Origin: Rhodosorus marinus CCMP1338
Taxonomy: Eukaryota; Plantae; Rhodophyta
Assembly (NCBI GenBank): GCA_029953675.1
Contig: JAMWBK010000007.1
Location: 1,302,001 to 1,366,000, forward strand
Reading direction: 5' to 3'
DNA: 64,000 bases
Positions 1-10,190 of the stretch are shown piece by piece. How positions within the stretch are numbered: position 1 is the stretch's first letter; every line of letters begins with the position of its first letter. The position numbers were made by a program, and so were the translations under genes. Under the pieces are notes generated by a model. That model saw only the letters and a list, made by a program, of their open reading frames with translations, had not been told where the DNA came from and did no database searches.

Positions 1-1761
1 CCCACCGTCCAACTTGACAGTATCGTCTCCCTTTCCGCCCAACACTTCATGATCCTTATCGGACCTCCCCTGAACGTCATCGTTCCCAGCCTCGCCATAC
101 ACAGTTCCACCGGCGTACGCTACAATCTGGTCCTCACCGTCTCCTCCAAAAATAGTAGCCTCGGTGTCGAATACTTTGACGATGTCGTCATCTCCGTCCC
201 CGTGTATCTCAACTACCTTCTCCGCGTATTTACCGTCATAAAAAAAATCCGTGCCTGACACATGGAAGTAGTCCTTGCCATCGTTGCCGTTGAGGTCGAG
301 GGTATAAAAACTGTTCACCTCAAGGTTGTCATCTCCCTCGCCCAAACTCACGCTCAGCAGATCTTCGTAGGAACTCCTGGAATTAGCTGTTACATTATCG
401 TCTCCTGGGCCAGCATCGATACTATGATCAAAGGATGAACCGGTGGACGACATTCTTATCCTATCATCTCCATCACCGCCGCTGACACTTTGTGGGCCAG
501 ACCCGCCAATGTAGAGATCATCATTACCATCCCCTCCGACAATCACTGGTCCGCGGTCAGAATATCCAACATCATCGTAGAAGCTTCTGATATAATCGTC
601 GCCATCGCCACCATTGTTGTATCGTCCTCCCAACATTGTATCGTTACCACCTCCTCCATGTTTGCTAAAGCCACCACTCATGAAGTCATCCCCTTCACCG
701 CCGATAGCATTTGACCCAAAGTCGGGAAACAGCATGTCGTCACCGTCCCCTCCAGAGATGTAATCCGATGTATACGCGTCGGCAGGATAAGAACCAGATC
801 TTCCATTTTTGGATACAATTGTATCATTGCCACCCTCTCCAAACTTCCGGTCGAAGTCCTCCTCCCCGTTTAAATAGTCGTTACCATTGCCTCCGTACAA
901 ATAATCATCTTGATATCCTCCCAACAATGTGTCGTCACCATCCTCGCCATACATGATGTCGTATCCTTTCTCCCCTCGAAGCATATCCCTATTTTTGCCT
1001 CCGAACAGCATGTCGTTCCCGTCTCCGCCGTATATATGGTCTTTACCGCCTAGCCCGTGGATCTTGTCATTGCCCGCAAGACCAAAGATCAGGTCCGTCT
1101 CGTCCGTTCCATGGATGACATCTGATCCTTCCGTGCCATAGATCCGATTCACTAAATCGCAGGTCATCCTAACGCCATCGCATACTGGACGATTACGGCC
1201 ACTAATAACGCCCTTACTCCGTGATCTGCATTTCTTGGCCCACGGGATTGCCTTCATGTGCTCCCCAGTGTCCTTGTCAGTAACAATCATCTCGGGCGAC
1301 ATGAACATTTTTGCTTTGCAGCAGGGCGCCTTCGAGAGAATCGTATCTGGACAGAGGAGCAAAGAGGTCACATCACCTCCATCCCGAGGAGGATGTTCCG
1401 TCACGGGGTGTGAAGCACTGCCCGCCTGCTTTTCATTGGTTCCCATAATACCGCGAACCTCTCTGAAGCGAAAGCCAGGGTAAACTTTGAACCTCATCTT
1501 CAAGCATTGGTTCGTTGAAGAGAAGCAAACGAATCCGAGTTTACCACTTGCATCAATCACATCGTCAAGTACGCGCCCCTCTCTGACCATAGGTACGCAG
1601 TATTTCTTCTTCGAGTCAATATACCATTTGTTCGAGTTGAAAATGTACTTAACCTTGTCCGGAAGGCCAAAAAAATTCTGATCCACGCAAGTACTGTCCC
1701 CTCCAAATACTGTTCTCACAGCAAACAGCGCCCAGCCGAGAACCAACAACACGCGGACCAT
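1..1761 (-). CDS. Secreted protein with Cys-rich N-terminal domain and many RTX/hemolysin-type Ca-binding repeats (3' end runs off the window; absent from the ORF track)
   Basis: Manual translation from ATG 1761 gives 587 open codons to base 1. Signal-like start MVRVLLVLGWALFAVRTVFG, then a Cys domain (VCFSSTNQCLKM...LCPDTILSKAPCC), then more than 15 GGxGxD-type nonapeptides (GLAGNDKIHG, GGDGNDMLFG, GGNGNDYLNG, GGDGDDYIR, GGKGDDTVK). Confidence 0.9.
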   Translation of the reverse strand, partial: MVRVLLVLGWALFAVRTVFGGDSTCVDQNFFGLPDKVKYIFNSNKWYIDSKKKYCVPMVREGRVLDDVIDASGKLGFVCFSSTNQCLKMRFKVYPGFRFREVRGIMGTNEKQAGSASHPVTEHPPRDGGDVTSLLLCPDTILSKAPCCKAKMFMSPEMIVTDKDTGEHMKAIPWAKKCRSRSKGVISGRNRPVCDGVRMTCDLVNRIYGTEGSDVIHGTDETDLIFGLAGNDKIHGLGGKDHIYGGDGNDMLFGGKNRDMLRGEKGYDIMYGEDGDDTLLGGYQDDYLYGGNGNDYLNGEEDFDRKFGEGGNDTIVSKNGRSGSYPADAYTSDYISGGDGDDMLFPDFGSNAIGGEGDDFMSGGFSKHGGGGNDTMLGGRYNNGGDGDDYIRSFYDDVGYSDRGPVIVGGDGNDDLYIGGSGPQSVSGGDGDDRIRMSSTGSSFDHSIDAGPGDDNVTANSRSSYEDLLSVSLGEGDDNLEVNSFYTLDLNGNDGKDYFHVSGTDFFYDGKYAEKVVEIHGDGDDDIVKVFDTEATIFGGDGEDQIVAYAGGTVYGEAGNDDVQGRSDKDHEVLGGKGDDTVKLDGG

Positions 1762-2104
1762 CGCGGATACTTCTCAACACAATTCACTCGGACAGATCAC
1801 TCGTTTCCCTAAAACACACTCGCGGATCTCCCAGGCCTCCCTCCGCTCCCAGGACTTCGAACTCTCTCAGAACCCTACAGTCACCACTCTCTTCACCACC
1901 AAGTAAAAGGACGACCACCATTCCCTGGAACCCAACAGAACCCCATATTATAAATGATGGTTGTAGTTTGTAAAACTGTAAACCTATCCTTTAGAAACGG
2001 ATCTTGCTTTCTTTCTGCACCCAACGAACAACTCAGATCGAGTCGCTCCTAGTCGAATCCAACGACCAACTAGCTACAATTTCTTACCGAAATCTGCATC
2101 GAAG

Positions 2105-2267
2105 GCGGGTACACTTCATATTTGCCTCCTACGGCATTTTGCGGGTACACTTCATATTTGTTTTTTGCGCGTTTTTTGCTAGCAAAGCGCGTACACTTCA
2201 TATTTGAACAAGTCATTTGTAAATATTACCTCCTTGCTCAAGGCGGGTACACTTCATATTGCCTCCT
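2105..2267. promoter_or_regulatory. Four copies of a ~20-bp motif GCGGGTACACTTCATATTTG upstream of the RTX gene
   Basis: Copies at 2105, 2141, 2187 and 2243, about 350-500 nt upstream of ATG 1761. The repeat is seen directly; a regulatory role is inferred. Confidence 0.45.
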
Positions 2268-2320
2268 GGTGGGGTGTGGTTGGTTGCTCCCAAGATATCT
2301 CAGCTTCCATAGTGAAATAC

Positions 2321-3212
2321 GAACGAATGGTTTAATCGGAGGCTGAAAAAAAAAATCCCGAGGGGAAAAAAAGACTAAGCGCGGCGAAGTACTCGCGCCT
2401 CCAACATCAAAGCGGCATTCATGCGCCACAGCAGGAAACTTAAGCGGGTAAACAACGATTGAAGACGGTCAGGGCGTTCGCGGAACAACTCCCGAAGCCA
2501 GCGAGAACCAACAGAGTCCATGAACCCAAAGCACTCAATGATCAGGGGTACCAAGCGATGTGCTAGTGCCGAAGCACGAACACCAGGGGAAGACAAAGCC
2601 CCCGCGTATTTGATCTCTTTGCGGCGTCTCATGCTGGCGGCGGCAGATCCACGGCGCTCCCCCGCAGCCGGGAGATAACGACTAGCCTGAGGGTTAGGAA
2701 CAGCAAGATCAACGTATGTGGTACGGCGGCTGTCGTCACAGGTGATCACCAGGTCGGCTACACGGCGTTCATCATTTTGAAAGTCCGCGACGGGTAAAGG
2801 TTTCTCACGTTCGATTTCCAGACCGGCTTGCCGGACTATAGGCCGAAGTTCCCGGTATAACAGGTTCAAGATCCGTGTGTGGCGGCGGGTTCGAGCACCT
2901 TTCACCGCCGGGCAACTAGCGAGCAGGTGGGCGCCAAAATCTGCGTTGTCTTCAGTCTGAGAGCAGAGAGGGCACGACGAACCCATCTCGTACGGCCAAG
3001 GGGGCTGATGTAAGCCGAGGTATAAGCGCAGTGAAGTACGCACTTCGAAATCCGACAGTGTGAGTGGCGGAAAGGCTGGTACGGTCATGAGCCACTGAGA
3101 GCTAATAACCCCTCCAAGACTACGTAGGCGGGCGCGAGCGCGAGAAGATGAGACCATCTGCGCGAGGAGTCGGCCATATGCAGCACGGTGCAAGTCCCAA
3201 GAAAGGATATTT
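2321..3212 (-). mobile_element. CRE-C 3' fragment (CCHC finger, REL endonuclease, 3' UTR, TTCG tail)
   Basis: ORF 2375-3265 is near-identical to 41977-42906 (CPLC...HLLASC, RTRRH, ADLVIT...YVD, PLIIECFG). Ends CCATTCGTTCG. Confidence 0.93.
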
Positions 3213-3655
3213 GGAGGAAGATCAGGGCCCGGGAAGTAGGCAAATTCACCTCGACCGTTGACCAAAAACTTGCGTGCATTACTGCACCCCTTAGCTCTGC
3301 ATCTATTATTGTGGAAATGGTGTGTTGAAGTAGGCGCGGCTAGACACAGACGCCATGACTAGAATTGCGATTGGAAAAGCTCACACAAAAAATGTCTAGT
3401 ATTGCTTACCTGGAAACTCAACAACACAGTGGGTGGAATACACAAGGGGGGGGGGGGGTGTCCATTCAACTTCTACACGAGTGGACACCATCCACGTCAA
3501 TTCTTCTTTTAGTTGAGACGCTAAAATTGAATACCATCTGGTAGCTTTTGGATTCTGTACCGAGACCTTTCGTACTTGGAAGTATTCAGCCAGTTTTTCC
3601 TGCAGCTTCGTACTCTTCGCAATCCTCGCCGTTAAGCGGTGAGTCAGTTTGACAG

Positions 3656-3671
3656 CTATGCTAATAAAAAC
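3656..3671 (+). mobile_element. 16-nt CRE-A tail-only insertion with an 11-bp TSD
   Basis: CAGTTTGACAG (3645-3655) + CTATGCTAATAAAAAC + CAGTTTGACAG (3672-3682). The insert matches the CRE-A terminus GCTATGCTAATAAAGCCAGT. Confidence 0.75.
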
Positions 3672-3974
3672 CAGTTTGACAGTTTTCTGTAGCCTGTCAC
3701 TTGCATAGAAAACATCCTGCAAGTTCGCCTGGTGCGTGGGACACGGACCAAAAATAACATCTGAAAACCCGAGCTATCAGTGGCTATCAGCTGCTGGAGG
3801 GACGTACGAAATGTACGAAATGTTGTGCTCCACTCTTTTCTATACATACGGCTGTTCTCTGCCTTCTCCGAAAGGATTCCTCTTGCACGCGTCATGACAC
3901 CCGCACTATCGGTAGTTACCCCGATAATCTCTGTGGATTTTCTTGTCTTCCGCATTTGTGATTCCATGCGGTCC

Positions 3975-4330
3975 GCCTCCGATTAAACCATTCGTTCGCT
4001 AGTTCAGAAAGCAGAGTATGGCCAGTCTGCCTCGTGCTGAGGGTCGCTCCCATCGGTTCCAGCCTTTCATTGTGGAAAGCTTTGGTCACGTGGAGAAGGT
4101 GGGTTTGGAGTGGTTGCGGAAATGTTTCACTGAGCATCCTGTTGAATACTTGGACCTTTTGCGTCGTTTATGTGTCTCTCTGTGGCGATATTCGAGCAGC
4201 ATGCTTGCCGAGGCACGCCACTGGCGCCTGGGTTTGCACGCTTCCCTACCTAGTTCTTAGTTCCTTTTCACGGTTTGCGTAGCGCTTTAGGCTACGCTAA
4301 TAAAGCCAGTTCAGAAAGCCAAGCCAGTTC
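3975..4330 (+). mobile_element. CRE-C 3' tip (3975-3998) followed by a CRE-A 3' fragment (~4013-4330)
   Basis: GCCTCCGATTAAACCATTCGTTCG, then ...FQPFIVESFGH...RHWRLGLHASLPSS* and the A-type UTR and tail. Confidence 0.88.
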
Positions 4331-4629
4331 AGCCCCTTTTAAGCATACTGAGCCCAATTGCAGGTCATAAATTATGCTTGAGCCTCTGGGGTCTACCGGC
4401 AAGTAGTTGTAGAGGTGAAGTGGTTTGTCCTCCTGGCGTTGTAAGTGAATCCGCAATCAGTGTCACGAACTCAGCCTTCTTAAGGAACTGCTCCTGCTTG
4501 TACTTCTCGCGGAGTCGATCAGGAATAGGTTCTACTCTCTGCCTGCTTATGTTGTACCCGAACTTGGACATAAAACTGGGAAACGAAACTCTGCGGTTAA
4601 AAAACGATTTAAATAGCCGGAGGACAACT

Positions 4630-4886
4630 GAATGAATGGTTTAATCGGAGGCTGAAAAAAAAACCCCGAGGGGAAAAAAAGACTAAGCGCGGCGAGGTAC
4701 TCGCGCCTCCAACATCAAAGCGGCATTCATGCGCCACAGCAGGAAACTTAAGCGGGTAAACAACGATTGAAGACGGTCAGGGCGTTCGCGGAACAACTCC
4801 CGAAGCCAGCGAGAACCAACAGAGTCCATGAACCCAAAGCACTCAATGATCAGGGGTACCAAGCGATGTGCTAGTGCCGAAGCACG
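4630..4886 (-). mobile_element. CRE-C 3' fragment
   Basis: Near-identical to 2321-2580. Confidence 0.9.
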
Positions 4887-5412
4887 GAGGACAACTAAAG
4901 CATAAGCAAGCAGGGGTTTGCGTACCGTTGGAACTTTTCTCCATCGACGGATCGCAATACCCTGTTGTACTCAATCAGATGATGAGCAACTAGTCCGTTT
5001 CGTTCCTTAGGCTGGAACTTGTTGCCGGGGTAGTGTATAGATTTGATAAGAAGTTTCTTATCTACGGGCTGCACGTTTCATAGATTCCATCAGCGCGTTT
5101 CCGGGACATGTACAGGGATGTCAACTCTGTCCGCAACCATGACAAGTCTTGGTTACGTAGTCCACATAGCTTAGTCGTCGGACCGTGGTCGATGTGCAGC
5201 TTGACCAGACCATTTCCAAAAACTCCCCCTCATCCCAGCATTCATGTGCATCCGTGTTACCCTAAGGGATTCCCGACTCGCCTTTCCACGACGGGTTTCG
5301 CGGTTTTTATCGCCTCTTAACAGGTGGTTTGCACAAGGCAACGGACGGTGGCTACTTCGACAGCTTAGGGCAAAATTGATTGCAGTAGCAGCCGGATTGC
5401 GCAACTTCGTAG

Positions 5413-6540
5413 CTTTTATTCGGCAGGTACCTACCGCGGCGCGATACCACTACACTATGTTCGCTCTAAACTCACTTAGACCCCCTGTCCAGGTCTCATC
5501 TGGCTTTATTAGCATCATTCTAGCTAGTGGGAATATCCACCGGTCCGCCTGTTCCTTGTCGATTGCGTGTTGTACCAACTGTGCGTTCTGTTGCCATATA
5601 ATGCGCTTCAATTGTCCTCTCACCGACGATAAATGCCAGTCCCGATCATGGAGATGTGCCGTGGCTTTTCGACGAACTCCAGGGGTTACGTTAGTCTGGG
5701 GTTACCCTTCTTGTCCAAGTCGCCCATAGGTTTCAACCACAAATGGTACTAGAATCAGCTCTCTGCCCTCATTCGACTTTGCTTCTGCGTAATGTGCCAC
5801 TTTGCTATGTTCTGCTTTCTCCGCCGCATACCGACTCTTCCATCTAGTCTGTCGCAAGTGTTGTCGCTGCAGTGGTGACGTCACCATCACGTCCAACACG
5901 TACACGTGTCCACTTGCTGGGTGCCTCCCTACGACGTCACGACGTATCCCTGAGTACCTAAAGAACCCCTGCAGTTCCATTTGCAAGTCCGTGAAATTCC
6001 ACAGATGCAACCACCGACTCAACTCCGTTTTTAGCTCATCGTGACGCTTAGTTCGCATACATGATGATGTGCGACAATGCTGCAAACGCTGGATCCCTTT
6101 GACGTCGTGTGGTTGTTCACACACCGTACATCGGTACGATCGTGTTGGATCTGGCAGCGGTAGGACCTAGCAGCATTCGCATACTCCAGATCATCTCGTC
6201 GCGACTTAGCTTCCGCGGTCCTACGTTAGGGCAGTCCCGCAGCCATACTCCACAATGCGTACCTGCCGCAGACCGGATTCGTGCTCGGTCTATATCCTCA
6301 ATGTCGGCATTCTCCGTGAGTAGCTCGAACGCATGACAGTGGCACTGTCTAGAGAGCGTTTTTTGAATGGGACCGGCCTGTCCTCGTGTACTCCCGGGAT
6401 CGGCTTCTGTCCCTCTCGCCGAGTCCGCTAATAACTAATATTCCGCTAGCCTCTTGATGCGTTCACTCGTTCTCGGTGAGATCCTTCGCTGCACAGCTTG
6501 GCTTGCCGCCACAAGTTGAACTGGCAGATCGTCCGTGGTC
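5413..6540 (-). mobile_element. CRE-B2 3' fragment (degenerate), carrying small insertions at 5502-5515 and 5683-5704
   Basis: CEQPHDVKGIQRLQHC, KRHDELK, RRDVVG...YVLDVMVT, LVPFVVETYG. 3' UTR shared with 10186-10283 and 63446-63560. Confidence 0.85.
5683..5704 (+). repeat. Pure 22-nt insertion of the GGGGTTACGTTAGTCT repeat
   Basis: CTCCAG|GGGTTACGTTAGTCTGGGGTTA|CCCTTC. Removing it restores the B2 coding sequence LGQEG-LEFVEKA. No TSD or UTR accompanies it. Confidence 0.8.
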
Positions 6541-9500
6541 CGCAGACTAAAGTAACGGTCAGCTTTACTGGGCAGCTGCCTACTGCAGCGTAACTTTACT
6601 TCTATCGCCATCTAGGGGAATACTTACCCGAACTCCGATACCGGGGTCTCATGCTACGTTCAAAAGAAAAACAAAAAGAGGGACCAGTGGATTCTCCAAC
6701 TGGTCCACGCGCAAAGCGCCTGGGGCTATCTCTGCATTACCTCGGCACAATTGCCTGTTGATCTGCGATCTTACATCGCTCAGCTCCTCGCTCCTGCGCA
6801 ATAAGTGTTTGCAGCTGTCCCGGAGAAACTCCTGTGCCATCTGTCCCGTTCGCCCGAACGTTTCTACCGCAATTGGGATGAACTTGTCATCCGGGTGTTC
6901 TACCGCCATGGCCTCCTTGTAGTGAACCTTCTTCCAGCTCTCCGCACATCTTGCTGCATATCCATTCCCCGTCTCACTTCGTCTCATATACTTTCCTTGG
7001 GGAGGAGACACAACCGTCACGTCCAGCGCATACGGTTGAAATGTCTTCGGATGCGTAAAGGATCTCAAAGTCAACTTCCTGGTTCTTCCAGTCCGAGTTG
7101 AACGTATCTCCTAGATTCTCCGCAGTCTGGGGTTGATGTCTGGCCGTAGCCCGTAGTTTTCAAAGTACTTCTCTGGCTCCTGCTCGATGTCCAGAAAGTT
7201 CCCCCTGTTTAGCCACCTTGCGATCTCCGTGCATATCTCGTCATGCCTGGGTTGCCACAGGCCAGTGGCAATGATGAAAGCGTTGTACTCCATTAGCACC
7301 GTGTTTACCACGGCATCGAGTGCACTTTTCCTTAGTCCGCAGCCCCGGAATCGGTAGCCCCAGTAGTTGTCGGATATTCACCTGCATTTCGGTCGAGCTC
7401 AGCTTTTTCGGCTCCAGCGTCGGCAGTTCCCGCAACAGACTCCCGATCCAGAGCCCGCGGCGGACCTGATTCGAGCACGATGCTCGCGGGAGATGCGCGG
7501 ATTGGCAACCAAGCGTTGGAATGCGGAATGGTGTGCCTCCCGAGAGAGAGTTTATTGTATAGAACCACTATTCCAATCGCCACAGTCTTCTGGGGCGTCT
7601 CCTGAGGGGTTTTCCATCGGCTACTGCAGGGTGGCAAGTCTTCTGATCCGGGGGGGAGTTTCGGGGCGCAGCCAGCGTTATATCGCCCGAGCAGATGATC
7701 GGATCTGGTCTGCGAGTTGTTCTGTGGACCATTGTAGTCGCGTCGGGGTGTGCGTAGCCGGAATTTTGTCTGTGTAAATCTGCCTCTGCAGCTCAGTGAT
7801 GTAAGACCAGTCTCCTGGATTGCTTCGAAAGGTAGTTGTCCAAGCCGAGGGCTATAGGCTGGATACGCCGTCGAGTAGCGAACCCCAATCCCTCCCACCG
7901 GCAAGGCGGCGCAATCTGTTCCCAGATGTGTCCCAGGCACTCCTCGTCCTCGATGGCAGAGGTAGCAAAGCCTCCGAGCAAGGTTTCCAGGTGATATCTG
8001 GTCATGGTATCCGCCTCCCGTGCCAGATTGCGGCCGAACGGGTCAGCTAGGCATCGTAGAAGATAATCCAGGCGTGTTTCAGCGCAGTAACTGAACAATG
8101 CGAGGGCTAGAGCATGTAGCACCGGTGCAAGCGGGTCACCCTGTTGTACTCCCGTAGCTGCTTGGAGCGTCAGTCGTGAGTGCTCCGTTTGGTTCTGTCC
8201 AGATGCAGAGCGCCAGCCGCAAAGCGTCGGCGATTCCACTTCGTCGCTTCCGTAGCTAAGTCTGTAAACCGCCGCAAGCTCCGGAAAGTGCTGGTCCACG
8301 AGTTTCTTGGCGAGGCGTCGATCAATCCTGTTGAATGCATTCTCGAGGTCAAGCCTACGGACCACCGCGTCTGGTTCGCACGACAGAAGGGCTTGGATCG
8401 TGTGAAGTGAGCGTTCGCATCCGCCGCTGACTCCGATCCCTAGTTGTAATGGCACCAGGAGCGTGCGCACCCTGTCGATCACCGCGCGAAGGGTCCATTG
8501 AGTCGCCACCTTTCGCAAACTTCAGGGACGCCGATGGGCCCAACCCCTGGGTTTTCCTGGGGAGCGCATTCCTTCGGTTGCTTCACGAATGGTAGTAGCC
8601 TGATGCTACGTAGGGCACGGGTCAGCGGAGAGGAAAATTTCTCCGGAGCTGTCGCTAGCTGTCGCAGTACACGGATCGAACGAATGGTTACGGATCAAAG
8701 CCACTTGTGTCTGTTGATTGGCTCCTTGGGGATGTTCCGCGCGCATTCCACAGGGGCCTGGGCTCTTGCCCTGGGGAAGACGTGCCACAATCGACAGGAG
8801 GCCCTCAGCAGCGGCTTTTGTGGTATCCCATCGGCTCTTAAGAATCGCGTTGTCAGTGTTGTGCAGTTAGTCCAGGGCTTACGCCACCTCGTCTGGTAAG
8901 TGACCTTCCGCAGGTTCTGGGAAAAGTCCTTGGAATGGGCGCCAGGTAGCCTCGGCAAAGGGAGCCATTTCCCTTGCCTGTAGTCGACGAGCAGAATCCG
9001 AGAGGCGACCGAGATGTGCCAGTTTCAGGGCTTGTTTCCGTTGTCCTAAAGCTTGGCGTCGAGTCGCTTCGGTTCCCGGTGGGGCAGTATTCTGCTGTCG
9101 TAGGAAGGCCTTGTCTTTAAGCGTGGTCCAGACCGTATAGAATTCTCCTGCAAGCACATGTGTGACCGTATAGAATTCTCCTGCAAGCACATGTGTGACC
9201 TGAATACCGATGTCAACTGCAGAACATCCTAGCACCAGCCCCGGAAGTCGGAAAAGAAGCAGGCTGGCGTTGGTGGGTGCAGCGGTTCCATGCGCATTGA
9301 CAACGGCCACCGGCGGGTGCTGCGACGGAATTTGAGAATGGTGCGTGGTGGTCGCACCTGCTTGCCAACGGGCGGGTCTGCGGGATAATTCCGTTATACG
9401 ATCTGTGAGTTTTGCCAACTCGCTCGCGCTGTTGATGCGCGAGTAGAGTTGAATAACTCATTCGTAGAAGGCCTCGATCTCCTGCTCCCCATTCCCAAGC

Positions 9501-10190
9501 CTTGGTAGCACTGGTCATAGCTGCGGAGCTTACGCAGAAATGGGGACAAGGGATTTGCGGCGGCTGCTTGCTCGGCCCTGGGTTCCTTCTGCAGGTCGCC
9601 TTCCTGCTCTGTGGTGGTCCTGGCTGCCTGCGCGTCTCCTGTAGACTGTTGCTGGTGCTCATTCACCATTTCCCGGGTACACAAGGTATGTGGGCCCGGG
9701 ATCACAAGAGGCTCGGGGTACGGCCCGCGTACCTCCCTCACAATCATACGTGTAACTGCTTACAAACTTCTACACTTTTTTTTCGACAAACAAAGCCGTC
9801 CAAAAACTTCTCTGTCCACCCCGTAGCCTTTATTAACCCCAGACTAAACCCCAGGAGTGCGTGGACAGCATCTTCTTTCGCAGTGGTGGGAGAGGTGGGC
9901 GTTGGCGCCATCTCTACGTCTTCATCATCTCCTTGGTGGGCAACCCAGGCGCGCGGCACCCCGTTTTCTTCGATGTGCCCCTCCTCTCGATGTTCAGCTG
10001 GAGAGAGATGCGTCTAACCCCTAGGTGCACCTGCACTCTTCGAGTTCCCCTCTCCAGTCGGGGGGGGATCGCCACCATTTGGCATGGTTTACCCCAAACT
10101 AATCAAACTTGCAAACTTTCCGTCCGACCCTAATCTAATACTAACCAAACTTCCCCCGGACTCCAAGACTACCACCAAACTCAGACCCCG
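6541..10190 (-). mobile_element. Near full-span but decayed CRE-B element (5' region, RT with internal deletion, REL, 3' UTR)
   Basis: LAHLGRLSDSARRL (8879-9418), VRPIGVPE.LRKVA, LQLGIG, LDLENAFNRIDR, GVQQGDP (7793-8518), PPCRWEGLG, RHDEIC, PDI...YALDVT, FIPIAVETFG. Contains frameshifts and stops. Confidence 0.87.

Larger units (their letters stand above)
3396..4620 (-). pseudogene. hAT-like DNA transposase remnant interrupted by retroelement fragments
   Basis: Motifs occur in the expected order on the minus strand: VTLIADSLTT (4365-4571), IIGVTTDSAGVMTRARGIL (3656-3967), PCPTHQANL (~3720-3747), NPKATRWYS (~3530-3560). These resemble the hAT D, D, CxxH and TRWxS motifs. Confidence 0.65.

Noticed and set aside
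49-1681. Plus-strand ORFs listed in the track
   Set aside because: They are antisense shadows of the minus-strand RTX gene. The same applies to most short ORFs overlapping the retroelements and the 1307-aa gene.
4890-5410. Possible gene fragment (IHYPGNKFQPKERNG...)
   Set aside because: Stops in all frames and no recognisable motif.
9133-9200. 33-bp tandem duplication (VTHVLAGEFYT twice) in CRE-B
   Set aside because: Simple slippage duplication in a decayed copy.
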